Source of the DNA: an uncultured Verrucomicrobiae bacterium
Lineage (GTDB): Bacteria; Verrucomicrobiota; Verrucomicrobiia; Limisphaerales; Palsa-1400
Assembly: GCA_963759415.1 (NCBI GenBank)
Contig: CAVWZG010000002.1
Span: 259,131-323,130 of the forward strand
Direction of reading: 5' to 3'
DNA length: 64,000 nt
Part shown: positions 1-10,356 of the stretch, piece by piece
Layout: each line of letters begins with the position of its first letter
Numbering within the stretch: the stretch's first letter is position 1
Translations under genes and position numbers: made by a program
Notes under the pieces: model-generated
Told to the model about the DNA's origin: nothing
Seen by the model: only the letters and a program-made list of their open reading frames with translations
Databases searched by the model: none

Positions 1-633
1 CGGCGGAAAGTTATAACACAAAAACCCGATAATCGCACCCGCCATCCCCGCCGCGCACAGCGTTGGGAAGACTGCGGCTCCCGCCCATCCGGCATAGCAC
101 AGCAGTCCCATCAGCATCGCGGCTATGCCGCCGGCCAAACCATCCATTCCGTCAACCAGATTAATCAGATTGGGCAGGGCCACCAGCCAGAATACAGTCA
201 AGACGCATCCGAAGGAGCCCAAATAGTAGATGTGATTGGTAAACGGATTCTTAAAATTCTCGATCTGAATACCCGCGTACCAAGTCAACAGTGCAATCAA
301 GACTTGCCAGGCCAATTTCCTTTTTGCTCCCAAAGCTTTCACATCGTCCCAAAACCCGAGCAAAAACATCGCGGTCGCGCTGCACAGAATGACCCAGCGG
401 GTATGGGCCTGTGCGGTATCCCCCGGAAAGCAAAAACGGGCGGCCACAGTAACGACCCAAAACGAGACCACTATGGCAAGACCGCCCAACCGCGATCTTT
501 CGCGCTGATGGGTATGATGGAATTGCGCAGCGGCATTTCGATCAAGGAAGTGAAGATGCCGCTTGATGGCAGGGATCGTCAGCCATGTTATCAGGCCGCC
601 CCCGCAAGCAAACATGAGCGTTATCCAAATCAT
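1..633 (-). CDS. MraY/WecA-family undecaprenyl-phosphate sugar-1-phosphate transferase (3' end runs off window)
   Basis: Not in the ORF track; hand translation from ATG at 633: MIWITLMFACGGGLITWLTIP...HHTHQRERSRLGG...LLGFWDDVKAL...PNLINLVDGMDGLAGG...GFLCYNFPP, which has the GT4/MraY DD, NxxDGxDG and YNFPP motifs. Confidence 0.9.
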   Translation of the reverse strand, partial: MIWITLMFACGGGLITWLTIPAIKRHLHFLDRNAAAQFHHTHQRERSRLGGLAIVVSFWVVTVAARFCFPGDTAQAHTRWVILCSATAMFLLGFWDDVKALGAKRKLAWQVLIALLTWYAGIQIENFKNPFTNHIYYLGSFGCVLTVFWLVALPNLINLVDGMDGLAGGIAAMLMGLLCYAGWAGAAVFPTLCAAGMAGAIIGFLCYNFPP

Positions 634-668
634 TGTCGCATCTCTCTACGTCGCCAACGGCAATGCGC

Positions 669-3470
669 TCACCGATAGGATCCACGATAGAATTTATAGC
701 TGGACACGTTGGTGTCGGTAAACGTGAATGGCGAGGCATTGGTCACCAATGGAACCCAGGCCACCATGTTCGGGGATGCCTGGATGGAATAGCTGAGGGT
801 GGGCACGCCAGTCAAAGTAACCGTAAAATGCTGGTTGGTATAGGATACGACTGTCAATATGGGCACAGCCGAGGAATAGACCGATAGCGTGACATTACTG
901 CTGATTGCCGTGCCGGCGATGTTGGTCACGGTCACAGAATAGGTGCCGGCACTGTTGGTGGTCACGCTGTTCAGTGTCAGTGTCGAATTGGTCGCGGATG
1001 GCAAATTGGTGTCGCTCAAGTGCCATTGGTAGCACAGCACGCCTCCAGTGGCAGCCACGCCGAAATTCACCGTCTGCCCCGCCACGGCGGTCACGTTGAC
1101 TGGCTGAACCGTGATTGCCGGAGGCACAGCCACCGTCAAGGTGGCAACCTTGCTGGTTTGAGTGCCGCTCGGATTTACCACAACCACCTGATAGCTGCCG
1201 CCATTGTTGGTGGACACGTTGCTCAAGAAGATGAATCTGTTGGTGGCATTGGCCATGTTCGTTCCATTAAGCAACCATTGATAAGAGAACGGCGTCGCGC
1301 CGTTGACATCCACACTAAAGACCGCGGATTGTCCTTGAGGCACTGTCAGGCTGACGGGTTGGCTGGTAATCAATGGCGCCACCGTCACCAGCAAGGCCGG
1401 CGCACTGGTCACACTGCTTATCGAATTGCTGACCACCACGGTGTAGCTGCCCGCGTCACTGTCGGTGATATTCGTCAGGGCCAGGCTGCCATTGGTGTCG
1501 CCATAAAGCGGAGCGCCATCCTGGTACCATTGGTAGCTCAAGGCGGGCGTGCCCGCGGCGCTGACCGAGAATGTGACCGTGCCCCCCTCCATGTTCGTCA
1601 CCCCCACCGGCTGCACCAGAATCGCCGGATCCTGCACCACCAGCAAAGCGTTGCTGCTCTCCACCGTTCCCGCCGGGTTGCTGATGGTCACCGCGTAACT
1701 GCCCTCATCCGCCGCCAGCACGCTGGCCACCGTCAGCACGTTGCTGGTCGAGCCGGAAATGTTGCCGCCATTCGTCAACGCGTTGGTCGCCGTGACCGTC
1801 ATCTTATACCATTGATAGCTGAACGGCGCCGTGCCCGTGTTGGTCACGGCAAAGGTCGCCGTGGTGCTGGCGTTGTTCGTCTGGTTCTGCGGCTGGCCCG
1901 TGATCACCGGCCCGTCAATCACCGTCAAGCTCGCCGGATCGCTGGTCGCCGTCGCGCTGGCATTGCTCAACACCACGCTGTAACTGCCCGCGTCGGCGTC
2001 CTGCACGTTCGTCAAAACCAAGCTCGCCGCCGTGGCCCCGGTTATCGGCAAGACTCCCTGATACCACTGGAAGGTGGCCGCGCTGCCCGTGGCCGTCACG
2101 CTGAACGTGGCCGTCGTTCCGGCGTTGTTGGTCCGGCTCTGCGGCTGGCCCGTGATGACCGGCGGAACAATGACCGTCAACGTGGCAGACGGAGTGCTGG
2201 TCACCATGCCATACTGGTTGCTCACAACCACCGTGTAGCCAGTCGCATCCGACGGCCCGGCGCTTCCAATGGCATACGTGGATGTAGTGGCCCCGCTGAT
2301 GGCAACCCCATTCGAATACCATTGATAGTGCGGTGCTGTCCCGTAGGCCCCCACGCTAAAGCTGGCGGGATTGCCCACGTTGACCGTCAGGCTGGCGGGT
2401 TCATTGGTAATGATGGGATCGATCACCAGCAAAACAGCGTTGCTGCTGCTGGCCACTCCGGCCTGATTGCTGGCCACCAGCATGTAATAGCCGTCGTCGG
2501 CCCCCAGATTATTGGAAAGCGTCAGCACGTTGCTCAACGAGCCGGAAATACTGCCGCCATCGCTCAACGCGTTGGTGGCCGTGCCGGTCATCTTGAACCA
2601 CTGATAGGCGGGAGGCGTGCCGCTGACGGTCACGCTGAAAATCGCTGTCGCCCCGGCATCGTTGGTGAGGCCAACCGGCTGGCTGGTGATGGCCGGCGGG
2701 ACCACGACCGTCAAGGTCGCGGGACCGCTAAGGACGCCACCATCCGCGTTGGTGATGGCCAACTCATAGGTCGCCGCGTCGGCAGGAGTCACACTGCTCA
2801 AAATAAGCTGCCGGGAGGTCGCTCCGGGAATGCTCGCTCCATTCTTGGTCCATTGATAGGTGAAGGGCGAGGCCCCGTTGATGCCAACGTTGAAAATGGC
2901 CGTCGCGCCCTGGTTCAGCGTCAGGCTGGCCGGGTGACTGACAATCACCGGAGGATGAGTAATCGTCAGGGTCGCCGTGGCGCTGGCCATCTGACCAACG
3001 GAATTGGAGACCACGACGGAATAATCGCCCGCGTCGCTGTCTAAAATCTCGCTCAAAGTCAAAGAGCTGTTGGTTTCTCCCGGCAATTCAAAATCGTCCT
3101 GCTGCCACTGATAAGAAAGCGGGGTGGTTCCGACTGCCACAACCGAGAAGACCACGGTGCTGAAAAGGCTGTTGGTCACACTGGCTGGCTGGCCGGAGAT
3201 GAACGGGTCAATCACAACCAATGTTCCGTTCGTCGTGGCGGATCCCGCGGCATTGGTGACCGTGACCGCATATTCAGCCTGATCGGCTGCCAACACATTG
3301 CTGATCGTGAGCACATTGCTGGTTGCACCGAAGATATTGCCCGCGTCGCTCAACAAATTGGTTTCCGTGGCAGTCATTTTTGTCCACTGGTAACTGAACG
3401 GCGCTGTACCTCCGCTGACAATCACGGTGAAGGCGGCCGTTGTGGTTGCATTGTTGGTCTGGCTTGGTGG
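669..3470. repeat. Copy 1 of a ~2.8-kb direct repeat (Ig stalk plus C-terminal domain); copy 2 lies 6886 bp downstream
   Basis: 1501 ccataaagcggagcgcc matches 8387; stop codons at 669 and 7555 are also 6886 bp apart; the core is nearly identical and the edges are more diverged. Confidence 0.95.
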
Positions 3471-6400
3471 CTGGATGCTGGAAATTACAGGCGGCGTCGG
3501 AAGGACGTCAATCCCGACAGTCTTTGTGGCTGTCGTATAATCAGTGGTGTCGTTGGGCGTAAACGTGACCGAAAGGGATCGATTGCCGCCGACAGCCAGG
3601 ACGACGCCCGCCGACGGATTGTAGGCAAACGTGCCGGGCACGTTGGCGGTGGCATTGAGTTGGATGGAACTGAGAGCCGTGCCGTCGGTGATGGGGGCAG
3701 GATTCGCCCAGGTGATAACGGGCGTCGCCTGCTGCACGTTAATGGTCGTTGTGGTGGTGACGGTAGCATAGGCGTTCGTGTCGGCGGGCGTGAACGTGAC
3801 CGAAAGGGTTTGACTGTCGCCAAGACCCAGGGATGTGCCCGTCGGTGGAGTGTAGGTGAACGTGCCGGGCACATTGGCGGTGGCATTGAGTTGCCCGGAA
3901 CCGAGCGCTGTGCCGTAAGAGATGGGGGAAGGACTCGCCCACGTGATCACCGGCGTGCCCATGACCTCAATAACACCGGCGCCAGCGTTGTAGAGACCCG
4001 ACAACGACCATGATAGGCCGGCCGGCAGAGCCGGCGGGTTCGTAACGGTGAAGGTGTTGGTCGGCGCAGATTGCCAGTTGGCAATGGTCCACTTGTCACC
4101 TGCCGCCCATTGAGTCATGCCGTTCGGATTGCCGATATTGAGCACGGCGCCGCTGCTCAATGACACTGGAATTTGCGCGTTAAGCTCGCCGGCAGCCTGC
4201 GCATTGCCGGTGTTGTCGCCGTTGCCTGCGCCGCTGTAAAGGTTCACGGTCAGCGAGCCACCCGAGGTAATCTGCATGTAGCCACCGGTGCTGTTGGTAG
4301 TGGCAACAGTGAAGGTTTCACCTCCGCCCGTGGAGGCATTCGCGCCCGTATTGTTGCCGGGGTCGCCAACAACCAAACTGCCATTGACGGTGACGCCGCC
4401 GATGTTGGTGGTCATAATGCTCCCCAATCCGCACAGCGTGGTGCCGGAGTTCACCGTCACGGGGCCGGCGGGCAGGCCGGAACCGGTGGTGTTATCGAGC
4501 TGCATTGTGCCGGCTTGTATGGTGTTCGTGCCAAACATGCTGCTGCTGTCGCCAGTGAACACTTCCGTTCCGAGGCCGGTCTTGAAAAAGCTAAGTGCGG
4601 CAACGACGCCGGCGGTTGGAGCTCCACTCAGATATCCTTTGAAGACGGCGGTTTGGTTCGCGTTGGTGGGTCCGACGCTAATTGCTCTAAAGTTGGGGGG
4701 AGTGCCGCCGAAGTTCAGGACTATGGTCGGGCTGCCGTTGGACCCAGTCAAGGCCGCAAAGGTGACATTGAGGCCAGCGTAGCCCGCAACGCTCAACGAT
4801 GAGGTTTGATCCAAATCAAGATTCGGCAGCGGGCTGGGAGCGTTGTCCACCTTCAGCGATGTGCCGCCGTTGACGGCGATGTAGCCGTTGGTGAGTGAAA
4901 TTGCGCCTGTCATTTCAACGATATTGCCACCGGTTACCGTCACATTCCCATTGCTGCCAAAAACAGAGCCAGTGGCGAGACCCGCGTTAGCTGAGTTGAT
5001 GGTGATATTGGTGAAGAAGTTGATGGTGCTCACGTGGCCTGAGTAGCCTGGTGCGTTTCCGATCGTAACAGAGCCGGTGCAATTGGTGGTGACCGTCACC
5101 GGGATGCTCAGAGTCACTCCAGCAGAGAGCACGCTGACGGATGGACTGTTGTTGTAGGTGTAGCTGTCGCCCAGCGTCACGCTACTCGCGCCAAATGCAG
5201 AGGGGTTGCCAGCAACAAGGGTGCCTGCGCTGATTACAATACCGCTCCCAAATGTGTTGGCTGTGTTCAAAGTCAACGACCCGGCCCCTTGCTTGGTGAG
5301 GGTCCCCGTGGCACCGATAGTTTGTCCGGTGCTTGAGGAGAACACATAGGGATTCCCCGCGCTGTTGCTGACCACGAAGCTTGCGGGAGTCATGGGACCC
5401 GCGACGTTGACACTGAATTGGCTCACACCAGTGTCAGGAAAGAGGACAGGGTCGGCGCTCTGGAAGACGGTGGACTGCGATGGATTGAGGGCGTAAACCC
5501 AATTCTGATCGAACAGATTCCAGTTTGCGCTCTGAGATCCCGTCCAGACAAGATTGGAGGGGCTTCCCGAGGGGAAAAACTGGACCTGGATCACGTTCGG
5601 GTTATTGGTGATGAGGCTTCCAGCGACAAAGCCGCTAGGCCCGACCACGTTCATGCCCGTGCTGCCGGGGGCATGGGGGGTGAACGTGCCGCTGTACGCT
5701 ATCAGCGTGTAAGGGACACCGGTTGCAACCTTGCTCTTCCAAGCCCAGGTATAGGCTGTCGCCGTGCCCTGGCTCAGGTCCACGTTGCCGCACACGTTGA
5801 TCAAGGCGTTGGAGCCATTGCCGGGGGGACCGCTGCCGGCGGTGGTGCTGGCGCCATTGTTGGTACCGAGAACGAAATTCAAGGTGCCCCCTCCGGGAAC
5901 GAACGTGGGGTAGATGCGTGGTGAGTGGGCATACTCAAAAGCAGAGTTGGTAATAGTCAACGTGCCGATCACCAGGGAAGTCGAGGAGCCGCCAGCCACA
6001 TTCAACGTGCCACCATTCGTGGGTGAGCTGCTGGGATTGGGAGTTGCGAGGGCAAGACTCCCAATGATATCGGCGTTGCTGCTGGTGCCAGTGGAGCCGG
6101 CGTTCAGCGTATAAGGCGCGTTCGTGCCGATGGTATAGGGACCAACAGAGGGGGAGTTGGTGTCGTTCCAACTCACATCCAAAGTGGCGCCGCTGGCATC
6201 GGTGAGCGAGTAAGGGATAATCACCTGATTGCTTTGGATGATCAGCTTTGCATTGGAAGTGAGATTCCATGGGCCGTTAAGGCAATTAGTCAGGCCTTGG
6301 AAAACCCAGGTCCCAGGCCCCTTAACAGTCAGCCCAATCTCATTTGTGGGCCATAGGCCGGCGTAGATGCTATTATTCCAAGTGGCCCCAGCTACAGCAG

Positions 6401-7472
6401 TAGAACTGGCAATACTCTGCACGATGGTGTTTGTGCCGGTCGAACTGCCGCCCAACATCCAGGTAACGATGGGGTTTCCAGCCGTGCCAGCTTTAGAGCC
6501 GGGATATTCCCCAACCACAATCGGTCCGGCCCACGTCAAATTGTTGTTGTTTGGGCTGTTGTTGGACAACGTATAGTATCTGCCGGAGACACTAGCCTCA
6601 TAAAGATTCCATGCCCACAAGGCGCCGCTGGTGGCATCGGTCGTGCCGACATAACAGAGACTTTCAGCATATCCTGTCCCGGTGCTAGACCCCCCAAATC
6701 TGTCCATGACAGTGGCCGAACACGCCCCAAAGGAGGATGGTGCGCCGGCCAGGCCCATGGAGTTGAAGCACAAAGTGCCATCACAAGTGCATAACGGACC
6801 GTGGCTCTGATTCCAGGGTGAGCTATAGCAATGCCCACCGGTCCCAGTGAAGTCATTGGTCGTGCATAAAAGGTTAATTTGTTGTATGCCCGCAGAGCTG
6901 CCAGGCGTAAAAATGGCGCCGAGGCCGGTTATATAGCCCGCCAAAGTGAGAACCGAGGTACTTGTGCCGTAGGTTTGGTCGCTGCCCGTGCCATTACCAG
7001 AGATCATTATATCTGTATTGTTGTTCGTAATGGGGATTGACCAATAGTTGCTTTGGGCGGCAACAAAATTGCTTATGGCACAGTAGTTGTTTATTTGCCC
7101 GGCGCCTGTGGGACTGGCGTCGATTGTAATTGGAAGGCCAGCGATGGCGGCATTGGTGGTGTAGAACACGATGCCGTCAATCCCGCGCACGTTGACGAGA
7201 TTATTCGAGCTGTACATGATGCCATACTTGGTCTGGGCGGCAAAAATCAGCACTTGGCCGCTGGTGGCGGTGGTGGATGGCACAATGCCGCCGCTCCAAT
7301 TGGCCGTGTCGCTCCAGTTGCTGCTGGTGGCGCTGGCACCGGTCCAGGTGTAGGCGGTGAGCGCCGCCGACACCGGACTGGCCGATGCGAGCAGTAGGGT
7401 GGCCGCGGCGGTGAGCAGGGTGGCGCGCAAGATGAGCCGATTAGTTACAGAATGGTTGCGAATTATTGTCAT
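669..7472 (-). CDS. 2267-aa secreted surface protein: autotransporter-associated beta-strand repeats, two MBG-like domains, tandem Ig-like domains, C-terminal 'FYR' domain
   Basis: Signal peptide (LLTAAATLLLASASPVSA); PATR repeats (TLTKQGAGSLTLNTANTF); TPVITWAxPxPIxxGTAL repeats; repeated PxITxQP...YQW...DxGxYxVVVSN Ig units; no C-terminal beta-barrel. Confidence 0.88.
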   Translation of the reverse strand: MTIIRNHSVTNRLILRATLLTAAATLLLASASPVSAALTAYTWTGASATSSNWSDTANWSGGIVPSTTATSGQVLIFAAQTKYGIMYSSNNLVNVRGIDGIVFYTTNAAIAGLPITIDASPTGAGQINNYCAISNFVAAQSNYWSIPITNNNTDIMISGNGTGSDQTYGTSTSVLTLAGYITGLGAIFTPGSSAGIQQINLLCTTNDFTGTGGHCYSSPWNQSHGPLCTCDGTLCFNSMGLAGAPSSFGACSATVMDRFGGSSTGTGYAESLCYVGTTDATSGALWAWNLYEASVSGRYYTLSNNSPNNNNLTWAGPIVVGEYPGSKAGTAGNPIVTWMLGGSSTGTNTIVQSIASSTAVAGATWNNSIYAGLWPTNEIGLTVKGPGTWVFQGLTNCLNGPWNLTSNAKLIIQSNQVIIPYSLTDASGATLDVSWNDTNSPSVGPYTIGTNAPYTLNAGSTGTSSNADIIGSLALATPNPSSSPTNGGTLNVAGGSSTSLVIGTLTITNSAFEYAHSPRIYPTFVPGGGTLNFVLGTNNGASTTAGSGPPGNGSNALINVCGNVDLSQGTATAYTWAWKSKVATGVPYTLIAYSGTFTPHAPGSTGMNVVGPSGFVAGSLITNNPNVIQVQFFPSGSPSNLVWTGSQSANWNLFDQNWVYALNPSQSTVFQSADPVLFPDTGVSQFSVNVAGPMTPASFVVSNSAGNPYVFSSSTGQTIGATGTLTKQGAGSLTLNTANTFGSGIVISAGTLVAGNPSAFGASSVTLGDSYTYNNSPSVSVLSAGVTLSIPVTVTTNCTGSVTIGNAPGYSGHVSTINFFTNITINSANAGLATGSVFGSNGNVTVTGGNIVEMTGAISLTNGYIAVNGGTSLKVDNAPSPLPNLDLDQTSSLSVAGYAGLNVTFAALTGSNGSPTIVLNFGGTPPNFRAISVGPTNANQTAVFKGYLSGAPTAGVVAALSFFKTGLGTEVFTGDSSSMFGTNTIQAGTMQLDNTTGSGLPAGPVTVNSGTTLCGLGSIMTTNIGGVTVNGSLVVGDPGNNTGANASTGGGETFTVATTNSTGGYMQITSGGSLTVNLYSGAGNGDNTGNAQAAGELNAQIPVSLSSGAVLNIGNPNGMTQWAAGDKWTIANWQSAPTNTFTVTNPPALPAGLSWSLSGLYNAGAGVIEVMGTPVITWASPSPISYGTALGSGQLNATANVPGTFTYTPPTGTSLGLGDSQTLSVTFTPADTNAYATVTTTTTINVQQATPVITWANPAPITDGTALSSIQLNATANVPGTFAYNPSAGVVLAVGGNRSLSVTFTPNDTTDYTTATKTVGIDVLPTPPVISSIQPPSQTNNATTTAAFTVIVSGGTAPFSYQWTKMTATETNLLSDAGNIFGATSNVLTISNVLAADQAEYAVTVTNAAGSATTNGTLVVIDPFISGQPASVTNSLFSTVVFSVVAVGTTPLSYQWQQDDFELPGETNSSLTLSEILDSDAGDYSVVVSNSVGQMASATATLTITHPPVIVSHPASLTLNQGATAIFNVGINGASPFTYQWTKNGASIPGATSRQLILSSVTPADAATYELAITNADGGVLSGPATLTVVVPPAITSQPVGLTNDAGATAIFSVTVSGTPPAYQWFKMTGTATNALSDGGSISGSLSNVLTLSNNLGADDGYYMLVASNQAGVASSSNAVLLVIDPIITNEPASLTVNVGNPASFSVGAYGTAPHYQWYSNGVAISGATTSTYAIGSAGPSDATGYTVVVSNQYGMVTSTPSATLTVIVPPVITGQPQSRTNNAGTTATFSVTATGSAATFQWYQGVLPITGATAASLVLTNVQDADAGSYSVVLSNASATATSDPASLTVIDGPVITGQPQNQTNNASTTATFAVTNTGTAPFSYQWYKMTVTATNALTNGGNISGSTSNVLTVASVLAADEGSYAVTISNPAGTVESSNALLVVQDPAILVQPVGVTNMEGGTVTFSVSAAGTPALSYQWYQDGAPLYGDTNGSLALTNITDSDAGSYTVVVSNSISSVTSAPALLVTVAPLITSQPVSLTVPQGQSAVFSVDVNGATPFSYQWLLNGTNMANATNRFIFLSNVSTNNGGSYQVVVVNPSGTQTSKVATLTVAVPPAITVQPVNVTAVAGQTVNFGVAATGGVLCYQWHLSDTNLPSATNSTLTLNSVTTNSAGTYSVTVTNIAGTAISSNVTLSVYSSAVPILTVVSYTNQHFTVTLTGVPTLSYSIQASPNMVAWVPLVTNASPFTFTDTNVSSYKFYRGSYR
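3490..3960. repeat. Two ~231-bp tandem MBG-like domain repeats
   Basis: gtgccgggca(c/a)..ttggcggtggcattgagttg at 3631 and 3862; protein TPVITWA..P..I..GTAL...QLNATANVPGTF occurs twice. Confidence 0.8.
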
Positions 7473-7554
7473 AAATGTTGTTTGTCATTGGCTTATGATG
7501 GCCGGCTGCTGTCTGGTCACATGTCCTTCTCTTGAAAATATTTCATCTCCGCAG

Positions 7555-10356
7555 TCATTGATAGCAGCCACGATAGAACTTGTGGCTGGATGCGTTGGTG
7601 TCGGTAAACGTGAACGGCGAGGCATTGGTCACCAATGAAGTCCAGTTGAACAGGTTGGAGGATGCCTGGATGGAATAGTTGAGGGTGGGCACGCCGGTCA
7701 AGGTCACCGTGAGTTGGCTGTTGGCGTATGACACGATTGTCAACACCGGCACAGCCGAGGCATAGACCGATAGCGTGACATTACTGCTGACCGCCGTGCC
7801 GGCGATGTTGGTCACGGTGACGGAATACGTGCCAGCACTGTTGGTGCTGACGTTGTTCAGTGTCAGTGTCGAATTGGTCGCGGATGGCAAATTGGTGTCG
7901 CTCAAGTGCCATTGGTAGTACAATGCGCCTCCAGTGGCAGCCACGCCGAAATTCACCGTCTGGCCCACCAGGGCGGTCACGTTGGCCGGCTGAACCGTGA
8001 TTGCCGGAAGCACAGCCACCGTCAAGGTTGCAACCTTGCTTGTTTCAGTGGCCGTCGGATTTACCACAACCACCTGATAGTTGCCGCCATTGTTGGTGGA
8101 CACGTTGCTCAAGGAGAGAATTCTGTTGGTTGCGCCAAGGATATTTGTCCCATTAAGCAGCCATTGATAAGAGAACGGCGTTGCGCCGTTGACACCCACG
8201 GCAAAGTTCGCCGATCGTCCTTGAAGGATTGTCAGGCTGGCGGGTTGGGTGAAAATCAATGGCGCCACCGTCACCAGCAAGGCCGGCGCACTGGTCACAC
8301 TGCTTATTGAATTGCTGACCACCACGGTGTAGCTGCCCGCGTCACTGTCGGTGATATTCGTCAGGGCCAGGCTGCCGTTGGTGTCGCCATAAAGCGGAGC
8401 GCCGTCCTGATACCATTGGTAGCTCAAGGCGGGCGTGCCCGCGGCGCTGACCGAGAATGTGACCGTGCCCCCCTCCATGTTCGTCACCCCCACCGGCTGC
8501 ACCAGAATCGCCGGATCCTGCACCACCAGCAAAGCGTTGCTGCTCTCCACCGTTCCCGCCGGGTTGCTGATGGTCACCGCGTAACTGCCCTCATCCGCCG
8601 CCAGCACGCTGGCCACCGTCAGCACGTTGCTGGTCGAGCCGGAAATGTTGCCGCCATTCGTCAACGCGTTGGTCGCCGTGACCGTCATCTTATACCATTG
8701 ATAGCTGAACGGCGCCGTTCCCGTGTTGGTCACGGCAAAGGTCGCCGTGGTGCTGGCGTTGTTCGTCTGGTTCTGCGGCTGGCCCGTGATCACCGGCCCG
8801 TCAATCACCGTCAAGCTCGCCGGATCGCTGGTCGCCGTCGCGCTGGCATTGCTCAACACCACGCTGTAACTGCCCGCGTCGGCGTCCTGCACGTTCGTCA
8901 AAACCAAGCTCGCCGCCGTGGCCCCGGATATCGGCAAAACTCCCTGATACCACTGGAAGGTGGCCGCGCTGCCCGTGGCCGTCACGCTGAACGTGGCCGT
9001 CGTTCCGGCGTTGTTGGTCCGGCTCTGCGGCTGGCCCGTGATGACCGGCGGAACAATGACCGTCAACGTGGCTGACGGAGTGCTGGTCACCATGCCATAC
9101 TGGTTGCTCACAACCACCGTGTAGCCAGTCGCATCCGACGGCCCGGCGCTTCCAATGGCATACGTGGATGTAGTGGCCCCGCTGATGGCAACCCCATTCG
9201 AATACCATTGATACTGCGGTGCTGTCCCGTAGGCCCCCACGCTAAAGCTGGCGGGATTGCCCACGTTGACCGTCAGGCTGGCCGGTTCATTGGTAATGAT
9301 GGGATCGATCACCAGCAAAACAGCGTTGCTGCTGCTGGCCACTCCGGCCTGATTGCTGGCCACCAGCATGTAATAGCCGTCATCGGCCCCCAGATTATTG
9401 GAAAGCGTCAGCACGTTGCTCAACGAGCCGGAAATACTGCCGCCATCGCTCAACGCGTTGGTGGCCGTGCCGGTCATCTTGAACCACTGATAGGCGGGAG
9501 ACGTGCCGCTGACGGTCACGCTGAAAATCGCTGTCGCCCCGGCATCGTTGGTGAGGCCAACCGGCTGGCTGGTGATGGCCGGCGGGACCACGACCGTCAA
9601 GGTCGCGGGACCGCTAAGGACGCCACCATCCGCGTTGGTGATGGCCAACTCATAGGTCGCCGCGTCGGCAGGAGTCACACTGCTCAAAATAAGCTGCCGG
9701 GAGGTCGCTCCGGGAATGCTCGCTCCATTCTTGGTCCATTGATAGGTGAAGGGCGACGCCCCGTTGATGCCAACGTTGAAAATGGCCGTCGCGCCCTGGT
9801 TCAGCGTCAGGCTGGCCGGTTGACTGACAATCACCGGAGGATGAGTAATCGTCAGGGTCGCCGTGGCGCTGGCCATCTGACCAACGGAATTGGAGACCAC
9901 GACCGCATAACCACCCGCGTCGCTATCGGAAATATCACTCAGAGTCAAAGAGCTTCCGGTTTCTCCCGGCAAGTCATTTCCGTCCTGCTGCCACTGATAA
10001 CTTAACGGCGCGGTGCCGACGGCCACAACGGAGAAGACAGCGGTGCTGCTGAGGGCGTTGGTAACACTGACCGGCTGGACAAAAATGGCCGGATCAATCA
10101 CAACCAATGTTCCGTTCGTGGTCACGGATCCCGCCGCGTTGGTGGCAACGACCACATATTCAGCCTGATCGGCTGCCAACACATTGCTAATCGTGAGCAC
10201 ATTGCTGGTCGAACCAGAGATGTTGCCCATATCGCTCAACAGATTGGTTGCCGCGGCGGTGATTTTTGTCCACTGGTAACTGAACGGCGCGGTGCCTCCG
10301 CTGACAATCGCGGTGAAGGTGGCCGTTGTGGTTGCATTGTTAGTCTGGCTCGGCGG
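7555..10356. repeat. Copy 2 of the ~2.8-kb direct repeat
   Basis: Aligns to 669..3470 at offset 6886. Confidence 0.95.
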
